Assembly: GCA_039815185.1 (NCBI GenBank) | Contig: JBCBZT010000007.1 | Span: 64,001-128,000 of the forward strand | DNA length: 64,000 nucleotides | Direction: 5' to 3' | From: Cyanobacteria bacterium P01_A01_bin.123 | Lineage (GTDB): Bacteria; Cyanobacteriota; Cyanobacteriia; Phormidesmidales; Phormidesmidaceae | Shown here: piece after piece, positions 1 through 9,553 of the stretch | Numbering within the stretch: the first letter of the stretch is position 1 | Layout of the letters: each line of letters opens with the position of its first letter | Program-made: the position numbers and the translations under genes | The notes under the pieces: model-generated | What the model was told of the DNA's origin: nothing | Seen by the model: only the letters and a program-made list of their open reading frames with translations | Databases searched by the model: none

Positions 1-1266
1 GAACAAACGCTGATTCTGCAAAATGAGCCTAATGAGGCTTTAGAGATTGCCGAACGGGGTCGCGCCCGCATCTTTGTGGAACTGCTGAGCGATCGCCTCT
101 CGTCACAACAAGCTCAACCCATCTCTTCAGCGCCGCCCGACTTTGCCACCATTCAGCAAATCGCCGCTGCCCAGCAAAGTGTCCTGGTGGAATATTCCAT
201 CCACGATTCTGCGCCTGATGGCCCTGCTCTCTACATTTGGGTGGTGCAACCCACAGGAGAACTACATTTCAGAAAGGTCTCTTTGGCAGATCAATCTCTG
301 GATCTATCCTCACTGGTGCGCCAAAGCCGAGACGCCATGGGCATTCGGGGCAGAGGTGGTTTTGAGCTGGTGGAAGGTGCTTCCGCGAACGAGCAACTGC
401 GCGAACTGCACCAGCTTTTGATTGACCCCATTGCCGATTTGCTGCCCACCGATCCAACGCAGCGCGTTGTCTTTATTCCCCAGGGGGAGCTGTTTTTGGT
501 GCCGTTCCCGGCATTAATCGATGCAGACGGCAACTATTTGATTGAGAATCACACAGTGCTGACTGCCCCTTCGATTCAAACCCTGGACTTAACCCGGCAA
601 CAGCGCATGACTCTTGGCAACTCTGCCAATCCTTCAGTGTTGGCAATTGGCAATCCCACCATGCCCGAAGTATGGAACCCTGAAGCGTCGGATTATCAGC
701 AGCTTTCAGATTTGCCTGGGGCCGAATTTGAGGCGAGAGAAATTGCTGAGTTCTTCAATGTTCAGCCGCTGATTAACGCTGCGGCAACGGAGCAAGCGGT
801 TAAACAGCAAATTGAATCAGCCCAGATTTTGCACTTTGCCACCCATGGTCTGTTGGAATACGGCAGTCCTCAAGACTCCGGGGTGCAAGATGTTCCGGGG
901 GCCATTGCGTTAGCCCCCAGCACTACGGAAGATGGCTTACTCACTGCCGCTGAAATTAGAACCTTTAACTTGCAAGCAGAGTTGGTGGTGCTTAGCGCCT
1001 GCGATACTGGACGGGGCCGCATCACTGGGGATGGGGTGATTGGGCTGTCTCGATCTTTTATCGAAGCCGGGACGCCCAGTGTGATTGTGTCTCTGTGGTC
1101 GGTACCAGATGCGCCGACGGCGGCGTTGATGACGGAATTTTATCGACAGTTGCAGCAGGGGCAGGATAAGGCTCAGGCGTTGCGACAGGCAATGTTGACA
1201 ACGTTAGAGAATCATCCTGAACCAAAGAACTGGGCGGCGTTTACGTTGATTGGGGAAGCAAATTGA
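1..1266 (+). CDS. CHAT domain protease (TPR-CHAT type), 5' end lies outside the window
   Basis: Frame is open from base 1 (EQTLILQNEPNEALEIAERGRAR). CHAT motifs HFATHG (His) and LSACDTG (Cys), plus SLWSVPD and terminal WAAFTLIG. Confidence 0.9.
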   Translation, partial: EQTLILQNEPNEALEIAERGRARIFVELLSDRLSSQQAQPISSAPPDFATIQQIAAAQQSVLVEYSIHDSAPDGPALYIWVVQPTGELHFRKVSLADQSLDLSSLVRQSRDAMGIRGRGGFELVEGASANEQLRELHQLLIDPIADLLPTDPTQRVVFIPQGELFLVPFPALIDADGNYLIENHTVLTAPSIQTLDLTRQQRMTLGNSANPSVLAIGNPTMPEVWNPEASDYQQLSDLPGAEFEAREIAEFFNVQPLINAAATEQAVKQQIESAQILHFATHGLLEYGSPQDSGVQDVPGAIALAPSTTEDGLLTAAEIRTFNLQAELVVLSACDTGRGRITGDGVIGLSRSFIEAGTPSVIVSLWSVPDAPTAALMTEFYRQLQQGQDKAQALRQAMLTTLENHPEPKNWAAFTLIGEAN

Positions 1267-1430
1267 GGGCAAAGAAAAGAGTACCCGCATGGAGCATATC
1301 CAAAAGCTGCATTAGATCTGATAATTAGTAGAGCTTTGGCTTGGAAGGCCAGGCTATGTGTCAAATAGTGGCTTTAGGGTTCGGGATTGCCTTAGGCAAC
1401 TCTGAGCGTTTGCGTAGTGGCGTTTTGTTG

Positions 1431-4400
1431 ATGGAATGGTGGGCAGTGTGTATACGGCGGCGGCTCGGTTGTATTCCTCTAGTACTTTTGGCATTTGGGA
1501 TACCTGGGGAAGCTCAAATTCCTATTGCTTCAGCATTAGAGCGGTATGAACACTCAAAGAGAGAAGCTCTCCATGACTACACAATAGTTATGATATTGAA
1601 GCAAGCCATACTTTCAGACAGTCAACCTAGTAAACGGGAGCAAGCAGACCAACTAATCCAGCAAGGCTATAGACACTATCGTGATAACCAATACCGAGAA
1701 GCAATTACCGTTTGGGAGCGCTCATTAGCACTCTATCAAGAGCTTAACGATCAACATGGGCAAGGCAATGCACTGGGCAGTTTGGGACTTGCCCATAACA
1801 GGCTTGGACAGTATCAGCAGGCCATTAACTTACATGAACGAGCCTTAGTTATTTCTCGCTGCCTTGGCAATCGAGGTGGGGAAGGCGATACCCTGGGCAA
1901 CCTAGGCCTCGTATATCGCGATCTTGGTCAATACCAGCGAGCCATTGAATTTCATGAACAATCTTTAGTCATTGCGCGAGAGTTGGGCAATCGTGGTGGT
2001 GAAGGTCGCGCTCTAGGTAATTTGGGCCTTAACTATCAAGATCTTGGTCAATACCAGCGGGCTATTGACTTGCATGAACAACACTTAGCCATTGCCCGAG
2101 AGCTTCGTGAGCGTGATATTGAGGGCCGTATTCTAAGCGAATTGGGCAGTGCTCATGCACATCTTGGTCAATACCAGCAAGCTATTGACTTACATGAACA
2201 ACACTTAGCCATTGCTCGGGAATTCAATGATTTTTCTGGTCAAGTTGTTGCCCTTGTCAAGTTAGGCAATTCCCACTTTAATCTTGGTCAATACCAGCGA
2301 GCCATTGATTTCTACGAGCAACAGTTAGCTTTAGCCCAGGAACTCCATAACCGGGGCATACAAGGCACTGCTCTTATCAATTTGGGTGGTGCTTACTTAA
2401 GGCTGGAGCAGTATCCGCAAGCGATTGAATCATCTGCAAAAGCTCTGGAGATTTTCCGGGAGATTAATAACCGCAGTAGAGAGGGGCAGGCTTTAGAGAA
2501 TTTGGGTAATGCCTACTTAGGGCTCGATCAATATCAACAGGCGATTGAGTTTCATCAACAGGCATTGATAATTGCTCGACAACTCAGCGATCGTAATAGC
2601 GAAGGCCGTGCTTTGGCTAATCTGGGTGGAGCCTACGCCAGCCTTGGCCAATATCAGCAGGCGATCGTATCGGCTGAACAAGCCTTGGCAATTTTCCAAG
2701 AGCTTGGGGATTGTAGTGGAGAAGGCAATGTCTTGAATAATTTGGGTGTTGCCTATGAGAGGCTAGGCCAATACCAGCAGGCTATTGAATTCTATGAGCG
2801 CGGTCTAGTGCTTGCCCAAGAACTCACCGATCGCAATGGGGAAGGTTTTGTGCTAGGTAACCTGGGCACCATCTATGAGAGGCTTGGTCGGTATCAGCAG
2901 GCTATTGAATTCCACGATCAGAGCTTAGCCATTGCCCGAGAACTGAGTGATCGTAGTAGGGAAGGTGTTGCCTTGGGTGGTTTAGGTGTTGTGTACGGAA
3001 GTCTTGGCCAACACCGACAAGCCATTGAATTTCACGAGCAAAACTTAGCAATCACCCGAGAGATCGGCAATCTTAGTGGGGAAGGCGGTGCCCTAGCCAG
3101 CTTGGGCAATGCCTACTCCCGTCTAGGTCAATTCCAACAAGCCATTGAATTCCACGAACAAGCTTTAGCTGTTGTCCGGCAACTTGGTGACAAGGGCGGG
3201 GAAAGTAGTGTTCTAAACAATTTGAGCAATGCATATGAAAGCTTAGGTGAATATCAACAGGCCCTTGAATTATCTGAACAAGCCTTAGCGATTTACCAAG
3301 AACTCGGCGATCTGAGTGGGGAAGGTATTGCCCTAGCTAATTTGGGCAATACCTATTTGATTCTTGGTCAATACCAGCAGGCTGTGGAACTGTATGAACG
3401 GGCCTTAGCGATTTCCCAAGAACTTGGCGATTCCAGCCTTGAAGGCATTTCGCTAAACAACCTAGGATTTGCGTTGAATGAAGCTAATCAATTTGCTGAA
3501 GCTGAAGCTGTACTCGTGCAGTCCATCGAAACCTTTGAATTTTTACGGGCTGATCTATCAGATGCACAACGCATCGCTATAGCTGACACTCAAGCTCAAG
3601 CTTACGCCAATTTAGAAAAAGCTTTGATTGAGCAAAGCAAAGTCACAGAAGCATTGGTGATTGCTGAACGCAGTCGTGCTCAAGCCTTTGCGTTGCAGCT
3701 TGCTATGCGCTCAGGTAACACCTCAGATACTGCTACTACCTTTCCCACCATTGAGAAGATTCAGCGCATCGCTCAACAACAAAACAGCACACTTGTCGAA
3801 TACTCCCTTTCCAGGAATCGACAAACGCTCTACATCTGGGTGGTGCAGCCGACAGGAACGGTTAACTTCCAACAGGTAACCCTATCAGATCAGCCCGTTG
3901 ACCTAGTCAACGTCATCAACGACTTCCGAGCTACCCTCGGTGCGGCTGACAGAGGCGGCGGCTTTGAACTGGTCGAGCAAGCTACCCAAGACGAACAACT
4001 ACGCCAACTCCATCAACTGCTGATTGACCCCATCGCCCAGTGGCTCCCCACCGACCCCGACCAGCAAGTCGTCATCATTCCCCAAGGCAACCTGTTCCTG
4101 GTTCCCTTTGCGGCCCTACAAAATGCCAATGGCGACTATTTAATTGAAAACCACACCCTCACCACCGCCCCCTCCATTCAAGTCCTCGATCTCGCCACCA
4201 ACCTCGCCGCCCAAAACACCCAGCCAATCTTCAACGATGCTCTGGTCGTTGGCAATCCCACCATGCCAGACATTCCTGATATCCCCTTGGCCTCCCTTCC
4301 TGGCGCAGAATTTGAAGCTATGGAGATTGGCGAGTTAGTGGGCACCACAGCTCTGATTGGCAACCAAGCCACTGAAGCCCGCATTAAGCAAACTCTACCC

Positions 4401-4838
4401 ACCGCCCAACTGATCCATCTTGCCACCCATGGCTTACTCAGCTACGGCGGCTCTCCCTTTACCATCCCCGGTGCAGTCGCCCTTACCCCTGGAAACGGCG
4501 AAGATGGTCTACTCACTGCCGATGAGATTTTGGATATGGAGTTGCAAGCCCAGCTTGCCATCCTTAGCGCTTGCGATACCGGACAAGGGGAGATTACAGG
4601 GGATGGTGTGGTGGGCTTATCTCGTTCTCTGATTACCGCTGGTGTGCCCAGTGTAGTGGTATCCCTCTGGTCAGTGCCCGATGCACCGACAGCTAGCTTG
4701 ATGACCGAGTTTTACCGCCAGCTTACCCAGGGACAGACCAAAGCCCAAGCCTTGCGACAAGCCATGTTAATGACCCTGGAAAATCATCCCAATCCCATCG
4801 ACTGGGCCGCATTCACCCTAATTGGAGAAGCCGAATAA
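1431..4838 (+). CDS. TPR-CHAT protease with about 16 40-aa TPR repeats and a probable signal peptide
   Basis: Repeats GEGxALxNLGxxYxxLGQYQQAIEFHEQxLAIxxELGD, then HLATHG and LSACDTG. Start is uncertain (TTG 1341, ATG 1377 or ATG 1431); ATG 1431 gives RRR followed by a hydrophobic stretch and GEA-Q. Confidence 0.9.
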   Translation: MEWWAVCIRRRLGCIPLVLLAFGIPGEAQIPIASALERYEHSKREALHDYTIVMILKQAILSDSQPSKREQADQLIQQGYRHYRDNQYREAITVWERSLALYQELNDQHGQGNALGSLGLAHNRLGQYQQAINLHERALVISRCLGNRGGEGDTLGNLGLVYRDLGQYQRAIEFHEQSLVIARELGNRGGEGRALGNLGLNYQDLGQYQRAIDLHEQHLAIARELRERDIEGRILSELGSAHAHLGQYQQAIDLHEQHLAIAREFNDFSGQVVALVKLGNSHFNLGQYQRAIDFYEQQLALAQELHNRGIQGTALINLGGAYLRLEQYPQAIESSAKALEIFREINNRSREGQALENLGNAYLGLDQYQQAIEFHQQALIIARQLSDRNSEGRALANLGGAYASLGQYQQAIVSAEQALAIFQELGDCSGEGNVLNNLGVAYERLGQYQQAIEFYERGLVLAQELTDRNGEGFVLGNLGTIYERLGRYQQAIEFHDQSLAIARELSDRSREGVALGGLGVVYGSLGQHRQAIEFHEQNLAITREIGNLSGEGGALASLGNAYSRLGQFQQAIEFHEQALAVVRQLGDKGGESSVLNNLSNAYESLGEYQQALELSEQALAIYQELGDLSGEGIALANLGNTYLILGQYQQAVELYERALAISQELGDSSLEGISLNNLGFALNEANQFAEAEAVLVQSIETFEFLRADLSDAQRIAIADTQAQAYANLEKALIEQSKVTEALVIAERSRAQAFALQLAMRSGNTSDTATTFPTIEKIQRIAQQQNSTLVEYSLSRNRQTLYIWVVQPTGTVNFQQVTLSDQPVDLVNVINDFRATLGAADRGGGFELVEQATQDEQLRQLHQLLIDPIAQWLPTDPDQQVVIIPQGNLFLVPFAALQNANGDYLIENHTLTTAPSIQVLDLATNLAAQNTQPIFNDALVVGNPTMPDIPDIPLASLPGAEFEAMEIGELVGTTALIGNQATEARIKQTLPTAQLIHLATHGLLSYGGSPFTIPGAVALTPGNGEDGLLTADEILDMELQAQLAILSACDTGQGEITGDGVVGLSRSLITAGVPSVVVSLWSVPDAPTASLMTEFYRQLTQGQTKAQALRQAMLMTLENHPNPIDWAAFTLIGEAE

Positions 4839-4841
4839 CTC

Positions 4842-7079
4842 ATGAAACGTCGCCAGCTCCTCCAAGGCTCAGCCGCCGCCCTAGCCGCCATTGGCCTCAA
4901 CCAAATTGGCCTAGAGCGCCGCGCCACTCGCTACGGCAAAGCCCTAGCCCAAAGCACCCCTCGCAAACTGGCCCTGCTCGTGGGCATTAACGACTATCCC
5001 CAACCCCAACTGCTCCAAAGCTTTAGCGCGGAAACCCTTTACGGCGCAGTCAACGACGTTGAACTGCAACGGCAACTGCTGATCCACCGCTTTGGCTTCC
5101 ATCCCAACGATATCCAGACCCTGACCAACGATCAGGCCACTCGCGAAAATATTCTGACCCTGTACGACGAGCACCTGATTAAACAGGCCGGAGACGGCGA
5201 CGTGGTGGTTTTTCACTTCTCTGGCCACGGCGGACGGGTCGAAGAACTCGATGTGTGCGATACAGATGCCTGCCAAAACAGTACCCTGGTGCCCTACGAC
5301 TACGCCGCAGAAACCGAGGGCGAAACCGTGCAAGACATCATGGGCCACACCCGATTCCTAATGGATTCGGCGTTTCAAACTGAGAACGTCACCATCGTCC
5401 TCGACTGCTGCTATTCTGGCGGCGGTAAGCGTGGAAACGTGGTGATGCGATCGCGCTTCAGCGATCAAGATCTGCGCGGTGGGCCCACCACCATCTCCCC
5501 CACAGAACTGGACTATCAGCAAGCTTGGTTGAGTCGTTTGGGCTGGAGCGAAGATGAGTTTATTGATAAGCGTCGAGCGGGGGTTGCCAAAGGGGCCGTG
5601 ATCACCTCTTCTAAAGCCAACCAGCGATCGGCAGATTACCAGTTTGAAGGGTTTGCTGCAGGGGCATTTACCTATCTGCTCACCAAGTATTTATGGCAGC
5701 AGACGGGTACCCAGGCCGTCGAGCAAACGATTAAATATGTCACTCGCAGCACCACTCGCCTCTCAGACCATTCCCAAAATCCAGAATACGAGCCAGCATC
5801 AGGGCCAATCGTCCAAACTCAACCCCTTTACCAATCCGCTCACAACTCGCCGCCCGGAGAAGCCGTCGTGACAGAAGTGGTCTCCGATACCCGGATCCGG
5901 CTATGGCTGGGCGGATTAGATGCCCAAAGCCTAGCGGCATTTGATCAGGGCAGTACCTTTACCCTGCTGAATCGAAACGGACAAGTTAAGGGAACGATCA
6001 CCCAAGATTCCCCGCGCGATGGACTTGTGGCCCAGGGGCAAGTTACCGAAGGTAGGGCTGAAGTTGGCGACTTGCTGCAAGAGCGAGTCCGCACCATTCC
6101 CGCATCCGTGTCCTTAGCGGTTGGACTCGATGATTCTCTGAATGCTGATTGGCAAACGATTGCTACTCAGCTCAGCAATCGTCTGGCCTTTTTGACCAGC
6201 AATAGGGTGCCGACCCAGCAAGCTGTGCAAGTCATTTTTGGACGCTTCACTGAAGAGAACCGTCAGACACTAATGGCACAAAGGGTTGAAGACTTGCCGC
6301 CTGTCGGCAGTGTAGGGCTGTTTAATCCGCTGCTGGAACCCTTACCCGCTGCCTTTGACCAGCCCAATGAGTCCATTGAGGACGCGATCGCCCGCTTACA
6401 ACCGCGCTTCAAAAGCTTATACATCACCCGCATTCTGCACCTCTTGCTGAATGCAGAAACCTCCCGGCTCAATATCTCTGTCTCTGTTAAGCAATCACGC
6501 GGACGGGGTGTGCCCATCCTGGCCACTACCCCCCGTAGTCGGGGAGAAACACTACAACCCACTCTGCTGACTGAAGCGATCGAAGAAATTCCGGTAGAGA
6601 CCCAAATTGAACTGGTGTTGAAAAACGGTGAAGCCCAGGATCTCTACATGAGTCTCTTGGTCCTTGATGCCCATGGGGAAGTGACCGTTCTGTTTCCCTA
6701 CGACTGGGATGCTCCAGAGGATCAGGCTTTGGTGCGGGCAGGGGAGGAAGTGTCGTTCCCTACCATTCGCGCCATTCCCCCAGAGGGCATTACCGAGCTA
6801 TTAGTCATTGCCAGCAACAACCAGTTGCGCCAGGCCCTAAAAACCATGCAGCGTTTAGCCCCAGCCAGCCACCGGGGGGCGATACCTTTGACGGAACCGG
6901 GCGAAGTGATGGCGGCCCTGTTAGATGATTTATCGACTCAAAGGGGAGAGCCTAGCGCGGAAAATCAGCAGCGACAAATGGATACGGGGCAGGTTGCGGC
7001 TGTCTCTCTGCTGTATCGCGTCGTTGCCAAAACCTGCGATCGCGGGGAAAATGAACCGCCTTGCTCGGCGCCAGCTTAA
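4842..7079 (+). CDS. Caspase-family (peptidase C14) protease with Tat-like signal and probable C-terminal DUF4384-like domain
   Basis: KLALLVGINDY, HFSGHG (His), LDCCYSG (Cys), GAFTYLL. N-terminus MKRRQLLQ followed by a hydrophobic stretch. C-terminal DLYMSLLVLDAHGEVTVLFP. Confidence 0.88.
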   Translation: MKRRQLLQGSAAALAAIGLNQIGLERRATRYGKALAQSTPRKLALLVGINDYPQPQLLQSFSAETLYGAVNDVELQRQLLIHRFGFHPNDIQTLTNDQATRENILTLYDEHLIKQAGDGDVVVFHFSGHGGRVEELDVCDTDACQNSTLVPYDYAAETEGETVQDIMGHTRFLMDSAFQTENVTIVLDCCYSGGGKRGNVVMRSRFSDQDLRGGPTTISPTELDYQQAWLSRLGWSEDEFIDKRRAGVAKGAVITSSKANQRSADYQFEGFAAGAFTYLLTKYLWQQTGTQAVEQTIKYVTRSTTRLSDHSQNPEYEPASGPIVQTQPLYQSAHNSPPGEAVVTEVVSDTRIRLWLGGLDAQSLAAFDQGSTFTLLNRNGQVKGTITQDSPRDGLVAQGQVTEGRAEVGDLLQERVRTIPASVSLAVGLDDSLNADWQTIATQLSNRLAFLTSNRVPTQQAVQVIFGRFTEENRQTLMAQRVEDLPPVGSVGLFNPLLEPLPAAFDQPNESIEDAIARLQPRFKSLYITRILHLLLNAETSRLNISVSVKQSRGRGVPILATTPRSRGETLQPTLLTEAIEEIPVETQIELVLKNGEAQDLYMSLLVLDAHGEVTVLFPYDWDAPEDQALVRAGEEVSFPTIRAIPPEGITELLVIASNNQLRQALKTMQRLAPASHRGAIPLTEPGEVMAALLDDLSTQRGEPSAENQQRQMDTGQVAAVSLLYRVVAKTCDRGENEPPCSAPA

Positions 7080-7103
7080 GACTATCAAGGGTTTTATGCA
7101 TCA

Positions 7104-8372
7104 ATGTCTAATCCTCCACCCTTAGCCAGAGCCGTTACCCGATACCAGTTGGCGCTGGCCCCACTGAATGCCCCAAAAGGTAAACCAGCCTCCCAATTGT
7201 CTGAGGTGCAGGTACTCGAACTGCTCAAAGCCAGGGACGAAGTACAGGCGATTTTGGATCAGATTGCGCAACAGTCCACGCCGCTCGGGGCAGACTGCAA
7301 TGCAGACTTAATCCAGCTGGCCCAACTAGATGCCCAGCTAAAGGACCACGGCAAAGCGATCGCCACCTTTCCCCAACTTCAAAACTGGCAGAACAGCTTT
7401 CAACCGCCCCCCACCGCCTGGTGGTGGCATTTTGAACCGCCTACTGACCCGCGCGATCGCGTCGATTGGCTCTGGAATTCCCTCACCCTTGCCGCCCTGA
7501 CTGCCAATCTGGCCCTGGTCACCGACATTGCCTCCCGGTTCTTTACGGGAGCCCCAGGCGTGTTGAGTTCTTTCGCGGCGATCGCCCCCAGTGTGCTCAC
7601 TCTATTTGCAGGTGGGGGTGCCTTGACCAAAGCCGGACGGATGGCCATTAAACATGTGCTTAGCCAAATTGGTATTTCCAAGCACCGCTGGCACGAAGCG
7701 CAGTTTGCCATTTCCGGTAGCTTACTGGTGCTCCTAATGATCTTTCACACCTCATTACCTAACATTGCTCGGTTCTACAACAATCGTGGTGAAATTCAGT
7801 TTTATGAAGCCGGTAAAATCGTCAGCGCCCAGGGTGACTTTCAAAAGGCACTGGCCCTCAATCCTGACTATGCCAAAGCCCAGTTCAACCTCGGGGCCAC
7901 CTATGAAGAACTGCAAGAACCCGACAAAGCCGAAACGGAATATCGCAAAGCCCTGAGCGCAGACTATCTCCCGGCTTACAACAACCTGGCCCATCTCTAC
8001 ATTGTGCAGGAGGAGTTTGACCGGGCCATTCCCTTTTTGCAGCAGGGGCTGAGCATTTTTGACCCAGCACTGCATGAGCCAGGGTTAGCCTATGCTCTCC
8101 ACAAAAATCTGGGTTGGGCCAGGCTCAAGCAAGCACGCTTACCGGAAGCGGCGGCCGAACTGCAACAGGCGATCGCACTCGATCCCGAACGGGCCGATGC
8201 CTATTGCCTGCTCGCCCAGGTATTGGAGCAGCAAGACCAAGCTGCCGCTGCCCTCCCCCAGTGGGAGAACTGCCTGAAATATGCCCGAGTCCAGGACGAT
8301 CTTTGGATTGACCAAGCCCAACAGCGCATTGATGCCCAGGATATTGATGCTCAGGAGAGTGAATCGCCATGA
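7104..8372 (+). CDS. Membrane-anchored TPR protein
   Basis: Helical N-domain ending in PPPTAWWW, 2-3 hydrophobic segments, then canonical 34-aa TPRs (ALALNPDYAKAQFNLG, AYNNLA, KNLGWA). Confidence 0.8.
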   Translation: MSNPPPLARAVTRYQLALAPLNAPKGKPASQLSEVQVLELLKARDEVQAILDQIAQQSTPLGADCNADLIQLAQLDAQLKDHGKAIATFPQLQNWQNSFQPPPTAWWWHFEPPTDPRDRVDWLWNSLTLAALTANLALVTDIASRFFTGAPGVLSSFAAIAPSVLTLFAGGGALTKAGRMAIKHVLSQIGISKHRWHEAQFAISGSLLVLLMIFHTSLPNIARFYNNRGEIQFYEAGKIVSAQGDFQKALALNPDYAKAQFNLGATYEELQEPDKAETEYRKALSADYLPAYNNLAHLYIVQEEFDRAIPFLQQGLSIFDPALHEPGLAYALHKNLGWARLKQARLPEAAAELQQAIALDPERADAYCLLAQVLEQQDQAAAALPQWENCLKYARVQDDLWIDQAQQRIDAQDIDAQESESP

Positions 8373-9553
8373 AGTTTGCCAAATGTCTGAGTCTCTTGAG
8401 CCTGACGGCGCTCCTGGTGGCGACCTTTGCGCCCATTGCGGCTGCCAATCAAGCCGTTCTAGTCATCCGCCGGGGTCAGGTTAGTGTGAAACGCGATGGC
8501 CGCAGCAACTTTCGCCGTTTCAGAAACGGCGCACGCTTGAGCAGTGCAGACCTGATTCGGACAACTGGAAACACAACGGCATTGCTAAATTGCCCTGGGC
8601 GCTCCACCCTCACCCCCATTCCCGCAGGCTCTACCCGCAGCGTCAACAGCCTGTGTAGCCAGGGGCGCTACACCTATCGCCCCGGCGTTGAGCTAGAGGT
8701 GGGTGATTTGCGCGGGGGCAGCGACCCGATGATTCCCTTTGTCATCACTCCCCGTTCGGGGGCGATTATCTCCGCCCAACCCACGATTCGCTGGAATGCC
8801 GTTCCCGATGCCAGCCTCTACACTGTTCGCTTAGAGGTACGAGAACGCCGTAGTCAGCCAGAACCAGACGCGGTACTGTGGCAAGTTGAAACGGCGCAAA
8901 CTGCCATTGACTATCCGGGCAATCCGCCCCTGCAATCCCGTCTGTTTTACACCGTGGTGGTGGAAGCAGACACGGGGCAATCATCCAGCGATGAGGCGGT
9001 TGAGGCCCAGTCTTTTGTTGTCCGACCGGGGGGTGATATTCAAACCCAGCTTGACGAGGTGGATGCCCTGGACTTACCGCCCGCTATTGCGGCACAAGAA
9101 AAGGCTGATATCTACGTTACAGCGGGGCTAATTCCTGAGGCAATTACGGTGTTGCAGGGGATCATTGATGCTGAAATGGCAACTGCGGCGGTGTATCAAC
9201 AGCTAGGTGATCTTTATTTGGCTAGCGGGTTGCGGTTGCCTGCCGAAGCGGCCTATCGGCACACCATTGAAACCGCTGAGTTTTATGCCGATTTAGAAGA
9301 TTGGATGCTGGTGCACATTGGTTTAGCCATTCTCTATTCTGAAACTGAAGAGACTGATAGTGCTATTCAGTCTCTACGCCGCGCCGAAGTGGCGGCTTTC
9401 TATTTTTGCGATGCTGAGTTGCTCGGCCAGATTCATGAAGAGATTGCGGCACTGATGCCAGAGTCTGAGTTAGAGCCCGAGACTGAACTTGCCCCACCAC
9501 TAGCGGAACCTATCCTATGCGCCAGCCCCGACGAATCCCCTGCCAATGGATAA
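8369..9553 (+). CDS. Secreted protein with beta-rich (FecR-like/fibronectin-like) N-half and TPR-like C-half
   Basis: Sec signal MKFAKCLSLL...AAA-NQ. GQVSVKR...LSSADLIRT resembles FecR-type strands; PTIRWNAVPDASLYTVRL; C-terminal VYQQLGDLY. ATGA overlap with the upstream gene. Confidence 0.65.
   Translation: MKFAKCLSLLSLTALLVATFAPIAAANQAVLVIRRGQVSVKRDGRSNFRRFRNGARLSSADLIRTTGNTTALLNCPGRSTLTPIPAGSTRSVNSLCSQGRYTYRPGVELEVGDLRGGSDPMIPFVITPRSGAIISAQPTIRWNAVPDASLYTVRLEVRERRSQPEPDAVLWQVETAQTAIDYPGNPPLQSRLFYTVVVEADTGQSSSDEAVEAQSFVVRPGGDIQTQLDEVDALDLPPAIAAQEKADIYVTAGLIPEAITVLQGIIDAEMATAAVYQQLGDLYLASGLRLPAEAAYRHTIETAEFYADLEDWMLVHIGLAILYSETEETDSAIQSLRRAEVAAFYFCDAELLGQIHEEIAALMPESELEPETELAPPLAEPILCASPDESPANG

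Noticed and set aside
1900..3450. 120-bp periodic repeats as a CRISPR array or DGR
   Set aside because: They are coding TPR units; no reverse transcriptase or template/variable repeat pair is visible.
1..4838. TPR-CHAT as a type III-E Craspase (Csx29) component
   Set aside because: No gRAMP/Cas7-11, Csx30/31 or CRISPR array in the window, and the proteins look exported. Sequence upstream of the window is unseen.
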